Source of the DNA: a virus
Taxonomy: Duplodnaviria; Caudoviricetes
DNA: 64,000 nucleotides
Reading direction: 5' to 3' (one strand)
IMG/VR virus record: IMGVR_UViG_3300037067_006927
Coordinates: 1-64,000 of that record
The notes below the pieces were generated by a model. The model saw only the letters and a list, made by a program, of their open reading frames with translations. It did not search any database and was not told where the DNA came from. Shown here in pieces: positions 27,136 to 37,779 of the stretch. A program made the translations under genes and the position numbers. Every line of letters begins with the position of its first letter. Positions within the stretch are counted from its first letter, which is position 1.

Positions 27136-27495
27136 TGCCAGACTCGCCGCTCTGGGACTGGGCCGACGTCGCAGCAGTCGGCGTGATCGCTCGCGAGGCG
27201 CCGGACTGCGGGATCGCGTGGGCTTCCGTCACCAACGGACCGAGGCGGAGAATCATCGCGACGGCGCTCAGGAGAGCGTATCTCGACGGCCAGCTCGACC
27301 AGATACGAATCACGCGCGAGGCGGAGGACGAGCCGGGACTCGGGCCGCAGGAGTTCGTGACGCACGAGTCCATGGACCCGGTCGCTGGTCCTCCACTGCT
27401 CTCCGGTGGGCCACTGGACGCCACCATTCACACCAAACGGATCGTGTCCGTCGGCACTGGCGATCCGTGGACCGTAACGATTGACGAGGACGATT

Positions 27496-27921
27496 GTGCC
27501 TGACCGCCCCACCTCCATCCTTGTCGTCACCGGGTCCCGCGACTGGGACGGGAACCCGGATTCGATCACTGGCGTACTGCGTGACTTCGCGGCGCGGTTC
27601 AATGGCTACCGTCCAGAACTCTGGCACGGCGCCTGCCAAGGAGAGCACAGCGTCGACATGCTAGCGGCCGACCGCGCCAAGCATCTCGGTTGGAAGGTGG
27701 TGCCGTTCCCCGCCGACTGGCGTGGACTCGGGAAGCGAGCTGGGCCGGTACGCAATCGGAAGATGATCGAGAAGGCACTGGACGATCTCGCTGAGTACAG
27801 CGCAGCCGAACTTCACGCCTGGCCGATGCCGAACTCACGCGGGACGTGGGACTGCGTCAACGTCGCGCGGAAGTGCGGGATCGTGGTCGTCGTGCATGAG
27901 AGGAATCGAAGCAATGGCTAA
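27496..27921 (+). CDS. SLOG/YspA-like (DUF2493) protein (141 aa)
   Basis: VVTGSRDW, HGACQG..DMLA, PADWRGLGKRAGPVRNRKM. Confidence 0.8.
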   Translation: MPDRPTSILVVTGSRDWDGNPDSITGVLRDFAARFNGYRPELWHGACQGEHSVDMLAADRAKHLGWKVVPFPADWRGLGKRAGPVRNRKMIEKALDDLAEYSAAELHAWPMPNSRGTWDCVNVARKCGIVVVVHERNRSNG

Positions 27922-28966
27922 ACGAGATGGCGTGACTCTGTACTCGGACAGCGCGATCACGGTCACGTACTACCCGAAGAACGGCAACGTGTGCGTCTGC
28001 GACAACGAGGCTCCGGCCATGTCGGACTCGTGCACGTTCTTCGACGCGCGGCCGTTCCTCGAGATGGTGTGCTCGGTTGCCAAGCGGCTGCCGAAGGAGA
28101 TGGGCGATGGCAAAGCGTGAACGATTCCCCTCTGTCGGTGACCGGATCAACTGCGATCCTAACCGCGACGATGGTGATGTCCAACACCGGTGGACGAATC
28201 CGAACCGCGAGTCCGCTCTGGTCATGGCGCGCTTCACCGACGACACTGCCGGAGAGTGCTTCGTCTACCGAGTAGCCCGCCCCGGATACTATCCACGGTT
28301 CTTCGTGATGACAGCGTTCTCGTGGGACCACTCACCGCAATGGGCGATCGGACCCCTACCCAGGGGTCCACGAGGGACAGATCAGAAGGAGAGCCACGGT
28401 GGGTGACATCAGAGAGATCGAACTATATGAAAGCCATCGGGCGCTGTCGTCACTGGCGACTATCGGCGAGTCCCCCACCGACACCGCCCGCCGCATCCGC
28501 CTGGAGCTCGCCGCCCTCCGGTCTGCTCTACGCGAGGCGCACGAGCAGCGGGACCTGGCGGCGGTTGCGGCGTCCAAGGCACGAGACGGGGAGGAGGACG
28601 CTCGCCGGGAACTCGCCGCGCTCGAGTGGCTAACTCTCAACGGCTACCCGTGCGGACGCGGTCCAGACGGCCGCGTGTCTGCGTCGTTCCGCGAGGAGGA
28701 CGCCGAGCCAGACTGGTGCGCGAACTGGACTGAGGCGGCGAGGAAGTTGGGGAAGGCGTGACATCTCTCACGCCAGACCAATCCGCCGCACTGCTTGAGG
28801 CTGTGCGCATGTCCGAAATGGTCGCACGCCGTTACGCCGACTACGAATCCGCCGATCACCTGCGGCAGGTTGGCGACCGGATTGAATCCGGAGACGTCCA
28901 CAAGCCGCGGATGGGTGTCGCGATCATGGTGATGATGGACGGGGCTCAGTGCATGGGATGGGCGTG

Positions 28967-29293
28967 GTGACTGCTCCTACCGCCATCCAGCTCTCCGTCC
29001 TCGTCGCCGTCGAGGCCTCAGTCCGTACCCGCGGAGCTCCGCCGACAACGCGCGAACTCGCCGCCTTCTTCGGGTGGCGCTCGAGCCGGGCCGCTGGTGA
29101 CCACCTGGACTATCTCCGCCGCAAGGGCCTCCTGGAGTCCGAACCGATGCGGGCGCGGGCTCTGCGGGTCACGGAAGCGGGATTGCGAGCGCTTGGTGAG
29201 TGGCGGGAGTTCGTGGGGGAGTGGAGGTGCGATCGGTGCGGGGCGGCGTACTTTGGGGATGGGTGTCCGGGGTGCAGGAAGGCGGAACGGTGA
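28967..29293 (+). CDS. LexA-type N-terminal DNA-binding domain protein with C-terminal Zn ribbon and no peptidase domain (108 aa)
   Basis: T..QLSVL...GAPPTTRELAAFFGWRSSRAAGDHLDYLRRKGLL...RARALRV matches LexA_DNA_bind. Ends with CDRC..GCPGC. Confidence 0.8.
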   Translation: MTAPTAIQLSVLVAVEASVRTRGAPPTTRELAAFFGWRSSRAAGDHLDYLRRKGLLESEPMRARALRVTEAGLRALGEWREFVGEWRCDRCGAAYFGDGCPGCRKAER

Positions 29294-30054
29294 CACCGTA
29301 CTACGACGACCAGCGCAACGGAATCACGATCTACTGCGGGGATTGCAGGGAGGTCGTTCCGACTATTCGTGCCGACGCGCTGGTGACGGATCCACCATAT
29401 GGCGTTGGACTTGGAACCGGCAAAACCATCGAGCCGAGGCGCGCAACCAGTAGTGGACATGGGCTATACCGAGGATCCTACCTGTCATTCGTTGACACCT
29501 ACGAGAACTTCGTTGCGGAGGTAGTCCCGCGCCTAAACCTGGCGCTTGACTCGACGAAGCGCGCGGCCGTGTGGACCGGACCCCACATCCACGAGCAACG
29601 AAAGCCATCGGTTATCGGCGGAGTGTACTGCCCGGCTGGACAGGGCAGGCACTCGTGTGGATTCAAGACCTTCCTTCCGGTGCTGTACTACGGGGTGTGC
29701 CCGCACGTATCTACCGGGTGCCGGACTCCTAACACGATCCAGTCATCTCTGCTCCCGGACCCATCGGCGAAGGATCACCCGTGCCCGAAGCCGACACGCT
29801 GGATGTCGTGGTTAATATCCCTTACGTGCATCAGTGAGGACGTCGTCCTCGACCCATTCATGGGCTCCGGGACGACTCTGGTAGCCGCCAAGGAACTCGG
29901 ACGGCGTGCGATCGGAATCGAGATCGAGGAGCGGTACTGTGAGATCGCGGCGAAGCGGCTGAGCCAGGAGACGCTATTCGGAGCCAGCGCACCGGCAGAA
30001 GCTCCGAAGCAACTCCGCCAGGTGTCTCTATTCGGAGAGGATACGAAGCCATGA
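29290..30054 (+). CDS. N6-adenine/N4-cytosine DNA methyltransferase (254 aa)
   Basis: LVTDPPY, HPCPKP and VLDPFMGSGTT motifs. C-terminal QETLF and QVSLF. Confidence 0.92.
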   Translation: MTPYYDDQRNGITIYCGDCREVVPTIRADALVTDPPYGVGLGTGKTIEPRRATSSGHGLYRGSYLSFVDTYENFVAEVVPRLNLALDSTKRAAVWTGPHIHEQRKPSVIGGVYCPAGQGRHSCGFKTFLPVLYYGVCPHVSTGCRTPNTIQSSLLPDPSAKDHPCPKPTRWMSWLISLTCISEDVVLDPFMGSGTTLVAAKELGRRAIGIEIEERYCEIAAKRLSQETLFGASAPAEAPKQLRQVSLFGEDTKP

Positions 30055-30286
30055 ATCGATCGCAACCCGCAACCATTCCGATCGAGTTAGGCGAGACGGG
30101 TGAGGAGTCGCGAGTGGAGTCGCAACGAGTTGGCGATCAATGCAACGAATCGCGGTCAGGCACACCAAAGATTGAAGTTGCCCAACTGGCACGCTGTGTG
30201 CTAGGGTGCAGGACCACCACCAAAAGGTGGAGCCCGGCAGCGCGCTAACGCTGGCTCGGGCTCCAGCATCAGGAGGAGTTAGCTCC

Positions 30287-31747
30287 ATGACGCAAGAAGA
30301 ATCTAGGCACGAATCATCGTCACCCGCAAGCTTGAACGGATTTGCAGGGCATTCACCCGCGGGAAACGCTCCAAATCCAGCTTGGACGGCGGGACACATC
30401 CGGGTCGACCCAGAGTTCGTGGCGCTCATCCCACCGTTGTCCACGGACGAGCGATCCCAGTTGGAATCCAACGTCCGCGAGCACGGGTGCACAGACTCTC
30501 TCGTCGTGTGGCGCGAGGAGGGTCTGCTGCTCGACGGGCACAACCGACTCGGGATTTGCAGGACTCACGACATACCATTCGCGGTTCGCGAGGTGTCTCT
30601 CCCGGACCGCGCAGCTGCTCGCCGATGGATCATCACCTACCAGCTCGGCCGCCGAAACCTGACCGCCGAAGGCATGTCGGTGCTGCGGGGGATGCTCTAC
30701 TTGGAGCAGAAGAAGCCGGAGGGAAGGCCCGAGAAACTGGGCCACAATGGCCCAGTTTCAGATGGCGACACCGCTTCGTCAATTGCTGAGCAAACCGGAG
30801 TTAGCCCGCGCACGGTGAAGCGCGACGCCGCCTTCGCCGCTGCCCTCGCCGACGTCGCCGAAGCCATCGGAGACGACGTCCGAGAGAAGGTTCTCTCGCG
30901 CGACGCTCGAATCAGCCGGAAGGACGTGGTGGCGCTCTCCGCTCTTCCGGACGAGGAGAAGCTGGCGGCCGGACGCTTGCTGGTGAACGGATCATGCCGT
31001 CGCCTATCGGACGCTCTGCGAGATGTTCGCCAGGCGGAAGCTGTCGAGTCGGCTACCGGGTCCCCGTCAATCGGAGCTCACTTCGCCATGGTGAATGGCG
31101 ATTTGGTGGATGTTGGAGACGGACTGGACGCGGAGTCATTCGACGCGATCATCACTGACCCGCCGTATCCAAAGGAATACATCGACTGCTACGCGAAGCT
31201 CGCTGCGGCTGCGACCAGACTCCTGCGACCCGGTGGATCTCTAGTCGCGATGGCCGGGCAGTCTTACCTTCCTGACGTGATTGCGGCCATGTGCTCGGCC
31301 GGGCTCTCGTACCACTGGATGCTCGCCTACCTTACTCCCGGTGGCCAGGCCGTGCAGATATGGCCCAGGAAGGTTAACACGTTCTGGAAGCCGCTACTGT
31401 GGTTCGTCAAGGGGAAGTACGACGGCCCGTGGTGCGGTGACGTATCCAAGAGCGACACGAACGACAACGATAAGCGATTCCACAACTGGGGGCAGTCGGA
31501 AAGCGGAATGGTGGACATCGTCCGCCGATTGTCACGTCCAGGAGATAGGGTACTCGACCCGTTCGCTGGAGCGGCCACAACCGGGATCGCGTGCCTTCGG
31601 CTCGGACGAGAGTTCACCGGGATCGAGTTGGATGAGAAGAAGTGCGCTCTTGCTTGCGACAGGTTGCGAGCAGAGAGCTTTGGGTCGTCTCTTGCCGCTG
31701 AGCTATCGGGTCAATCGGCTCTGTTCTCCCAGGGAGAGCAGTCATGA
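30287..31747 (+). CDS. ParB-like N-terminal domain fused to a DNA methyltransferase (about 486 aa)
   Basis: IPPLS.DE..QLE.NVREHG....VVW....LLDGHNRL (ParB/Srx-like), then IITDPPY and VLDPFAGAATT. C-terminal QSALF. Confidence 0.88.
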   Translation: MTQEESRHESSSPASLNGFAGHSPAGNAPNPAWTAGHIRVDPEFVALIPPLSTDERSQLESNVREHGCTDSLVVWREEGLLLDGHNRLGICRTHDIPFAVREVSLPDRAAARRWIITYQLGRRNLTAEGMSVLRGMLYLEQKKPEGRPEKLGHNGPVSDGDTASSIAEQTGVSPRTVKRDAAFAAALADVAEAIGDDVREKVLSRDARISRKDVVALSALPDEEKLAAGRLLVNGSCRRLSDALRDVRQAEAVESATGSPSIGAHFAMVNGDLVDVGDGLDAESFDAIITDPPYPKEYIDCYAKLAAAATRLLRPGGSLVAMAGQSYLPDVIAAMCSAGLSYHWMLAYLTPGGQAVQIWPRKVNTFWKPLLWFVKGKYDGPWCGDVSKSDTNDNDKRFHNWGQSESGMVDIVRRLSRPGDRVLDPFAGAATTGIACLRLGREFTGIELDEKKCALACDRLRAESFGSSLAAELSGQSALFSQGEQS

Positions 31748-32601
31748 GCGAGCGATATCCGGTACTCCCGATGCCCGTTATCTTCCCGGCCTGCTACGAG
31801 ATCCTAGAGGCTGAGATCAGGGCGTATCACTACGTCGACCTGACCTCGGCAGCGCTCGAAGTGCTGGGCGTTGACCGTCGTGAGGTGTACTGGGAGAAGC
31901 AGATTGAGGACGTCCGCGAGAAGATGGCGGACAAGCGCGGTGTTCGCCACAAGTGGCAGACGGTACGATACACCGGCGGTCCGGAGTGCCTGGTTGTACT
32001 GTCGTCCTGGCTGCCTCCAGACCAGCACTGCCCGCTGCTGTTCAAGAATACAGACCCTCCTGTGGTAGTGCGGGCTGACGCGAGGAACGCGATAGAGGCG
32101 ACGTTCCAAGCTCTCATGCGAGCTCCGAGCATGGTGAAGAAGACCGTAGCCTCCGACAAAGACGTGGCGCACGGAAGGGCCAGAGGCTTCCAGATTGAAG
32201 CCGCTGTAACCGGGTGGTTCAAGCACAACTGGCCGGAACTGTACAGAGATCCAGACAACTACAACCGGTTCGACCTGTGGTGCAAGCACGACTTCAAGCT
32301 CGCCGTCGGCGGAAGGACGCTGCTGGTGGACGTCACTGGTCCCAACTGCGATGGGCAGTATCACGGACCACCAGCTGGCAAGCAACCGGTCGACCTGCAT
32401 GTAGCCGGAAACGTCAAGGGCGACCACTTCGTCATCGACGGCGTGATGACCGGAAAGGAGTACGCGAGCGGAGGCCGCCACGTGATTCCAATATCGTCGA
32501 TGACGTCGATTCGGCGTCTCGCGTTCTGGCTGAACTGCAAGAAGTACGGGCACGACCACGCTGAGATCCTGCGCGCTATTGCCACTAAGGAGGCAGCGTG
32601 A
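31744..32601 (+). CDS. Hypothetical protein, candidate PD-(D/E)XK restriction-like nuclease (285 aa)
   Basis: ATGA-coupled to the MTase. GFQIEAAV...FD..DFKL...LLVDV resembles nuclease helix/strand spacing. Weak evidence. Confidence 0.35.
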   Translation: MSERYPVLPMPVIFPACYEILEAEIRAYHYVDLTSAALEVLGVDRREVYWEKQIEDVREKMADKRGVRHKWQTVRYTGGPECLVVLSSWLPPDQHCPLLFKNTDPPVVVRADARNAIEATFQALMRAPSMVKKTVASDKDVAHGRARGFQIEAAVTGWFKHNWPELYRDPDNYNRFDLWCKHDFKLAVGGRTLLVDVTGPNCDGQYHGPPAGKQPVDLHVAGNVKGDHFVIDGVMTGKEYASGGRHVIPISSMTSIRRLAFWLNCKKYGHDHAEILRAIATKEAA

Positions 32602-33362
32602 GCCGCCGCATCCGTTCCGTGAAGCCAGAGTGGCTCGAGGATGAAAGGCTTGCCCTTGTGTCATCTGACGCGCGCGTGATGTCGATCGCACTGATGCTCC
32701 TCGCCGACGACGAGGGACGCGGACGAGCGGGTCCCATCATGCTGGCCGGTCAGGTGTTCCCTGGCCTCGCGAATCCTCGCGAGGTTTCGGCGAAGGCTCT
32801 CGAGGAGCTCCGAGCCATAGATTTCGTGGACCTCTACGAGGCCGACGGGCAGCACTACTTCGAGATCCGCAACTGGTTAAAGCACCAGAAGATCGACCAC
32901 CCTACACCGAGCAAACTACCGGCAAATCCGCGTTCTTCTGGAGTTCTCGCGAATCCTCGCGAATCCTCGCGAGAGGTCGAGAATGTTCGCGCCTCGCGCG
33001 CGTCCACTCCTATCCCTTCCTCTCCTGATCCTGTTCCTTCTCAGGAGGGGGACATGGGGGAGGAGCCACATCCGACACGGTTGGACCTAGCCGGCCGACC
33101 GTTGCCCCGGAAGCCGCTGTTCCCGGAGATGGTCCAGCGCGAAGCCTACCAGCCGAGCCAGGTGATGCTGGACTACGGCCGAGGGCTCGGGCTTGCAGAC
33201 ACGGACCTGGACGGAGTGCTGCGCGACCTGCGGGACAAGCACGGGCTGAGGCCACACACGCTGGATTGGTGGGACGAGCGCTGGCTTCGATTCGCTGATC
33301 ACGCGAAGACCGGCAACTCATCGCGGTCAGTCAAGCCATTCGTTTACGAGGACGAGGCATGA
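32598..33362 (+). CDS. Phage replication initiator/replisome organiser (254 aa)
   Basis: N-terminal RIRSVKPEW..DE.L......R...I.L...ADDEGR, and WLKHQKIDHPTPSKLP. Lies upstream of primase and helicase. Confidence 0.75.
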   Translation: MSRRIRSVKPEWLEDERLALVSSDARVMSIALMLLADDEGRGRAGPIMLAGQVFPGLANPREVSAKALEELRAIDFVDLYEADGQHYFEIRNWLKHQKIDHPTPSKLPANPRSSGVLANPRESSREVENVRASRASTPIPSSPDPVPSQEGDMGEEPHPTRLDLAGRPLPRKPLFPEMVQREAYQPSQVMLDYGRGLGLADTDLDGVLRDLRDKHGLRPHTLDWWDERWLRFADHAKTGNSSRSVKPFVYEDEA

Positions 33363-34378
33363 GTCGCGAGCGAGTAGATCTCGTGCACGCCGCACTGCTG
33401 GCCCGCGGATGGGGCGGGATCGCACCGTCGCTCGGACTCCGGTACGTCTCGCCGCGCCACCGGCAGCCGTGCCCGATGCATGGCGGCAAGGGCGATTCGC
33501 TGACCCTGGACGCGAGCGCCGACCGGCTCACGTGGATCTGCGCCACCCACTGCGGAGCCGGCGACGTCATCGGGATGATCCAGTCGATCCGCGGGTGCTC
33601 GTTCCCGGACGCACTACGTGAGGCGGCGGACCTGGCCGGCGTGGATCTCGACGATGACGATTCGGACGAGGCGCAGGCCGAACGCGAGCGGGCTCGAGCC
33701 GCATACCTGGCCGTTCACGCCGCATCAAATCCGGAGCCTCCGGATTCACCGGGATATGTGCCGGTCGCCGAGGTCGAGGCCATTTGGGCGGACGCTGCGC
33801 CGGTGACCGATGACCGCGAGGTGTCGGCCTACCTCGAGAGCAGGGCGATGCCGGCGTCTACGGTAGCCTCCCACGGGCTTCTGCGGGCGCTGCGACCGGG
33901 ACAGCCGCTGCCACGGTGGGCGCGCTACAGGGGCGACGCTGACCGCGCACGGACCTGGCTCGAGACGGGGCACCGGATCCTGATTCGGACGTGGGACCAT
34001 CTCGGGCAGCTACGCGGGGTCCGTGCGTGGCGCGTCGGTGGAGACGAGGAGACGCCGAAGCGACTGCCGCCGGCCGGGTACTCGTCCGCCGGGCTCGTGT
34101 GGGCGAACGAGATCGCGCTTGAGATGCTGCGCACTCCGTATCCGTGCACGGTCGTGGTCAGCGAGGGGGAGCCGGACATGGTCGTCAACGCACTCAGGCG
34201 CCGGTGCCCGGTGATTGGGATCACGAGTGGATCGTGGACGCAAGCACTGGCGGACCGGATTGCGTTTGGGAGTGAGGTCGTGATCCGGACGGACCGAGAT
34301 GTGGCCGGAGACAAGTACGCGGCGGCGATCCGAAAGACGTTGGGTGACCGGGCAACGATGTGGAGGGTAGCGGCATGA
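33359..34378 (+). CDS. DNA primase-like protein (CHC2 zinc finger plus Toprim, 339 aa)
   Basis: CPMHG...W.C..HCGAGDVI zinc finger, Toprim SEGEPD and TDRDVAGDK. Confidence 0.82.
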   Translation: MSRERVDLVHAALLARGWGGIAPSLGLRYVSPRHRQPCPMHGGKGDSLTLDASADRLTWICATHCGAGDVIGMIQSIRGCSFPDALREAADLAGVDLDDDDSDEAQAERERARAAYLAVHAASNPEPPDSPGYVPVAEVEAIWADAAPVTDDREVSAYLESRAMPASTVASHGLLRALRPGQPLPRWARYRGDADRARTWLETGHRILIRTWDHLGQLRGVRAWRVGGDEETPKRLPPAGYSSAGLVWANEIALEMLRTPYPCTVVVSEGEPDMVVNALRRRCPVIGITSGSWTQALADRIAFGSEVVIRTDRDVAGDKYAAAIRKTLGDRATMWRVAA

Positions 34379-35481
34379 GCAGAGACGACACAGACAAGGC
34401 CATTCTGGGGGAGCTACCAGAGGACCCTCGCGAGGACTGCACCAAGGTGCAGGACTGCCCGCGTATCGTGACCGCGCGAGAGATGCTCGAGGGTTCCGTC
34501 CGTCGCGCCGAGCACGGACGAGATCGCGGATTCTCTCCGACCGGGAACAGCATTCTGGACGACATGACCGGAGGGATCGTTCCGGGCCTGTCGTGGGTAT
34601 TCGCTGCGCGGACCAACTACGGCAAGACCATGTGGACCGTAGCCGTCACGGACGAGAATCTGCGTGCCGGTCGCGGTGTGCTGATCGTTTCGATCGAGGA
34701 TCCGGAGGAACTGTATGCGGACCGGCTGATGCTGCGCCGGTGCTGCGTTCGGGCGCGAAACCGCCGCGGTGTTCCGGTATCGGCTGACAACCTGCGACTC
34801 GGCAACCTGACCGATGACGAGAAGATGGCCATGCGCGAGGTCGCCAACGAGGGAGAGCGCAAGCCGATGTTTCTAAACGCCTCGGACTGGACTGGTGAAC
34901 GAATCGAGCGCGAACTCGACCGAATCCTGCCGGCGTACCCGGAGATCGAACTGGTGATCCTGGACTACATCCAGGAGGTGCAGTCCGACGAGCGCCACAA
35001 CACGATGCGCGAGAAGGTGAGCTCGAACGCCAAGCGGCTCCGTAACGTGGCAGCTCGGCACGATCGCGGGCTCATCATCGTGAGTCAGATCACCGACGAC
35101 GAAGACCCGGACAAGTGGCCGCGCATGAAGCAAGTGCGAGACGCTAAGGACGTCGTGATCGGAGCCGCCTATGTGCTCATGGGAGGAGTTGCGACAACAG
35201 AGGTACGCGACGGATCCGGAAACATCATCATGGTGGCTGGAGAGCGCGGAGTTCGGGTCGAGAAGGTCAAGCGCGGCCGCAAGGGAATGGTCAAGCTTCC
35301 ATGGGACGATGACGCCGCGTGCTTCCTCCCGGTCACGATTGGACAGCCCACCGATCCGAAGCCTCCCTTACGCTCCGGCTCCTGGTCGCCCAACGCCGCA
35401 CCCCGCGACCCACGCGAGCCAGCGGAGCGGGACTACGGCGACGGCATCGACGATGGGTTTTGCGGGTTGCCGGCAGTGTGA
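34375..35481 (+). CDS. DnaB-like replicative helicase (368 aa)
   Basis: Walker A variant AARTNYGKT, VSIED, LVILDYIQ and IIVSQ motifs. Confidence 0.88.
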   Translation: MSRDDTDKAILGELPEDPREDCTKVQDCPRIVTAREMLEGSVRRAEHGRDRGFSPTGNSILDDMTGGIVPGLSWVFAARTNYGKTMWTVAVTDENLRAGRGVLIVSIEDPEELYADRLMLRRCCVRARNRRGVPVSADNLRLGNLTDDEKMAMREVANEGERKPMFLNASDWTGERIERELDRILPAYPEIELVILDYIQEVQSDERHNTMREKVSSNAKRLRNVAARHDRGLIIVSQITDDEDPDKWPRMKQVRDAKDVVIGAAYVLMGGVATTEVRDGSGNIIMVAGERGVRVEKVKRGRKGMVKLPWDDDAACFLPVTIGQPTDPKPPLRSGSWSPNAAPRDPREPAERDYGDGIDDGFCGLPAV

Positions 35482-35944
35482 AGGAGGACGACATGACGAC
35501 CGAACCCAAACGGATTCCACTCGCCACCAGGCTTCGCGTGCGCCGCATCATGACCGCCTGGTGGATCCGCGAGCACCTGCCGCGGCTCTACACCGCGTGG
35601 CGCCTCCTGTGCGGCGCGCGACGCCCGAGCAAATCCGGGAAGACCGACGGAGCCTTCGACGCTCCGGGCGTCAGCATTTCGTTCGGCGGTGCCTGCCCGG
35701 TACAGGGCGACGGCGAGATTGATGATTACGGTGTGTACTACCGGTCGCGCGGAGAGACGTGGTCGCTGGACGTGTACGACCGCGATGTAGACGGCGACCT
35801 GCCTGGACCCGAGCATGAGGTCTGGTCGTTCTCACGTCGCGAGTACATCGGATACGACGGCGGGTGGATCAACGCGGACGAGTCGCGGAGGAACATCGGG
35901 ATCGCGGTGAGGAAGTTCAGGGAGCGGGCGGAGAGGAGAGCACC

Positions 35945-36301
35945 ATGAGCTACGACATCGCCATCCTCGACCCGTTCACCCGCGAGCCGCTGATCCTCGA
36001 CGCTCCGCACCACATGCGCGGAGGAACGTACTGCGCCGATGGCGAGACGCAGGCGTACCTGAACATCACCTACAACTACGGCGACCACTTCCGCTCGGCG
36101 CTTGGCGATCGTGGCATCCGGTCGATCTACGGCATGACGGGCGCTGAGTCGCTGCCGGTACTGCGAGACGCTGCGGAAAAGCTCGGCGACGACGTGGACG
36201 ACGACTACTGGAAGCCGACGGAGGGCAACGCCAAGCGGGCGCTGCTGCAACTGGCCGCGTTGGCGGAGATGCGACCTGATGGGATTTGGAACGTAGATTG
36301 A
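35945..36301 (+). CDS. Phage hypothetical protein (118 aa)
   Basis: GGAG RBS. LNITYNY...GMTGAES.P.L...DYWKPTEGNAKRAL. No function known to me. Confidence 0.65.
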   Translation: MSYDIAILDPFTREPLILDAPHHMRGGTYCADGETQAYLNITYNYGDHFRSALGDRGIRSIYGMTGAESLPVLRDAAEKLGDDVDDDYWKPTEGNAKRALLQLAALAEMRPDGIWNVD

Positions 36302-36313
36302 GAGGAGGACGAG

Positions 36314-36946
36314 ATGCAGATCGTAGAACCAAGTTTCGAGTTTCTGAGCCCGTTGGACACGAGTGGAGAACTGGACGTCGCGCGGATGCTCGCGCTGGTC
36401 GAGCGCGCCGGGCGCACCTGCTACAAGAGCGAGGACCGAATCGGACCAGGGACCGCCGAGAAGTTCGTGCGCATGGTGACGGAGCGTGGGCACGAGTCGG
36501 TGCTGGAGCACGCGTCGATCACGGTGCTCTTCGTTGTCGACCGCGGCGTAAGCCACGAACTCGTGCGGCACCGGCTCTGCGCGTTCAGCCAGGAGAGCAC
36601 GCGGTACTGCAACTATGGGAAGACCGACGTGTCGTTCGTGCGCCCGTTCTTTTTCGATCCTGTCGAGCGCGCCCGAGAACTTGAGTTGTGGGCGGCTGCG
36701 ATGGGCCACGCCGAGGCCGCGTATCTGATGCTGCTCGACGCTGGGGCCAAGCCGGAGGAAGCGCGTTCGGTACTTCCGAACTCTCTCAAGACCGAGATCG
36801 TCGTGTCTGCGAACCTCCGCGAGTGGCGGCACATCCTGAAGCTCAGGACGTCACCGAAGGCACACCCTCAGATGCGTCAAGTGATGGCGGGACTTGGAGC
36901 CAGGCTTGGCCAATCGGTTCCGTGCGTGTTCGGTGAGTTCGCGTGA
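36314..36946 (+). CDS. thyX: FAD-dependent thymidylate synthase
   Basis: GHESVLEH, RGVSHELVRHR..FSQESTRY signature, ARSVLPN and AHPQMR. Confidence 0.96.
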   Translation: MQIVEPSFEFLSPLDTSGELDVARMLALVERAGRTCYKSEDRIGPGTAEKFVRMVTERGHESVLEHASITVLFVVDRGVSHELVRHRLCAFSQESTRYCNYGKTDVSFVRPFFFDPVERARELELWAAAMGHAEAAYLMLLDAGAKPEEARSVLPNSLKTEIVVSANLREWRHILKLRTSPKAHPQMRQVMAGLGARLGQSVPCVFGEFA

Positions 36947-37314
36947 TGACGGTGCACGAGATACTCCGCGAGCGGATCCTGCGCAGGTGCGGGATCGTTC
37001 CCGAGCCGCCACCGATCGCGGAGATCGGTCGGGCGCAGTGGGACGATGGGTTCGCAGTTATGATGCTGAACCGCCTCGTGATGTCGTTCTTTCGGCGTGG
37101 TCCGCACCGAGGGGCGGTGATCCCGCCGTATGCGAACATCTCGTGCGCCATTCGCCGGCTGACGGAGTACCTGACAGACGGTAACCGGGAGCACCTGGTC
37201 GACGCCGCTAACCTATGCATGGTCGAGTGGATTCGTGGAGCTCTTGGGATGGGCGAGCACCCTAACCCGAAGTGGGCACCAGTGGATGACGGTGTGCACA
37301 CGCAGGAGTTGTAA
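36943..37314 (+). CDS. Small helical protein, possible NTP-pyrophosphatase-like (123 aa)
   Basis: GNREHLVDAANLCMVEW helix resembles all-alpha NTP-PPase/dNTP-hydrolase families. Adjacent to thyX. Confidence 0.35.
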   Translation: MMTVHEILRERILRRCGIVPEPPPIAEIGRAQWDDGFAVMMLNRLVMSFFRRGPHRGAVIPPYANISCAIRRLTEYLTDGNREHLVDAANLCMVEWIRGALGMGEHPNPKWAPVDDGVHTQEL

Positions 37315-37329
37315 CCAAGGAGGACGAAC

Positions 37330-37767
37330 ATGGCTGATGGTTTGAACAAGGTGATGCTGCTGGGTCGGATCGGCGCTGACCCTGAGCTCAAGATGACGTC
37401 GGGTGGCCAGGCCGTGTTGAAGATACGGCTTGCCACTTCGGAGACGTACCTGGACCGCAACCGCGTGCGGCAAGAGAAGACGGAGTGGCACAACGTCATC
37501 GTGTGGGGCAAGCGAGCCGAGGCGCTGGGCAAATTCCTCACCAAGGGTTCGCGACTCTTCGTCGAGGGGGGCCTCCGGACCACGAGCTACGAGGATCGCG
37601 ACGGTGGCAAGCGGTACCGAACCGAAGTCGTAGCGAACAACATCATCCTGGCCGGTGGTGGAGGGCGTGGGCGGGCGGAAGATGCGGGGCCCGGCGAGGA
37701 GCGCGATGTGGCTCCGGTGAGCGACGCTCCGCCCGATGACTACGATCCCGATCAGATCCCATTTTGA
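37330..37767 (+). CDS. ssb: Single-stranded DNA-binding protein
   Basis: LNKVMLLGRIGADPE, TEWHNVIVWGK.AE, KGSRLFVEG.L.T..Y and acidic tail ending DQIPF. Confidence 0.97.
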   Translation: MADGLNKVMLLGRIGADPELKMTSGGQAVLKIRLATSETYLDRNRVRQEKTEWHNVIVWGKRAEALGKFLTKGSRLFVEGGLRTTSYEDRDGGKRYRTEVVANNIILAGGGGRGRAEDAGPGEERDVAPVSDAPPDDYDPDQIPF

Positions 37768-37779
37768 TGTGGAGGACCA

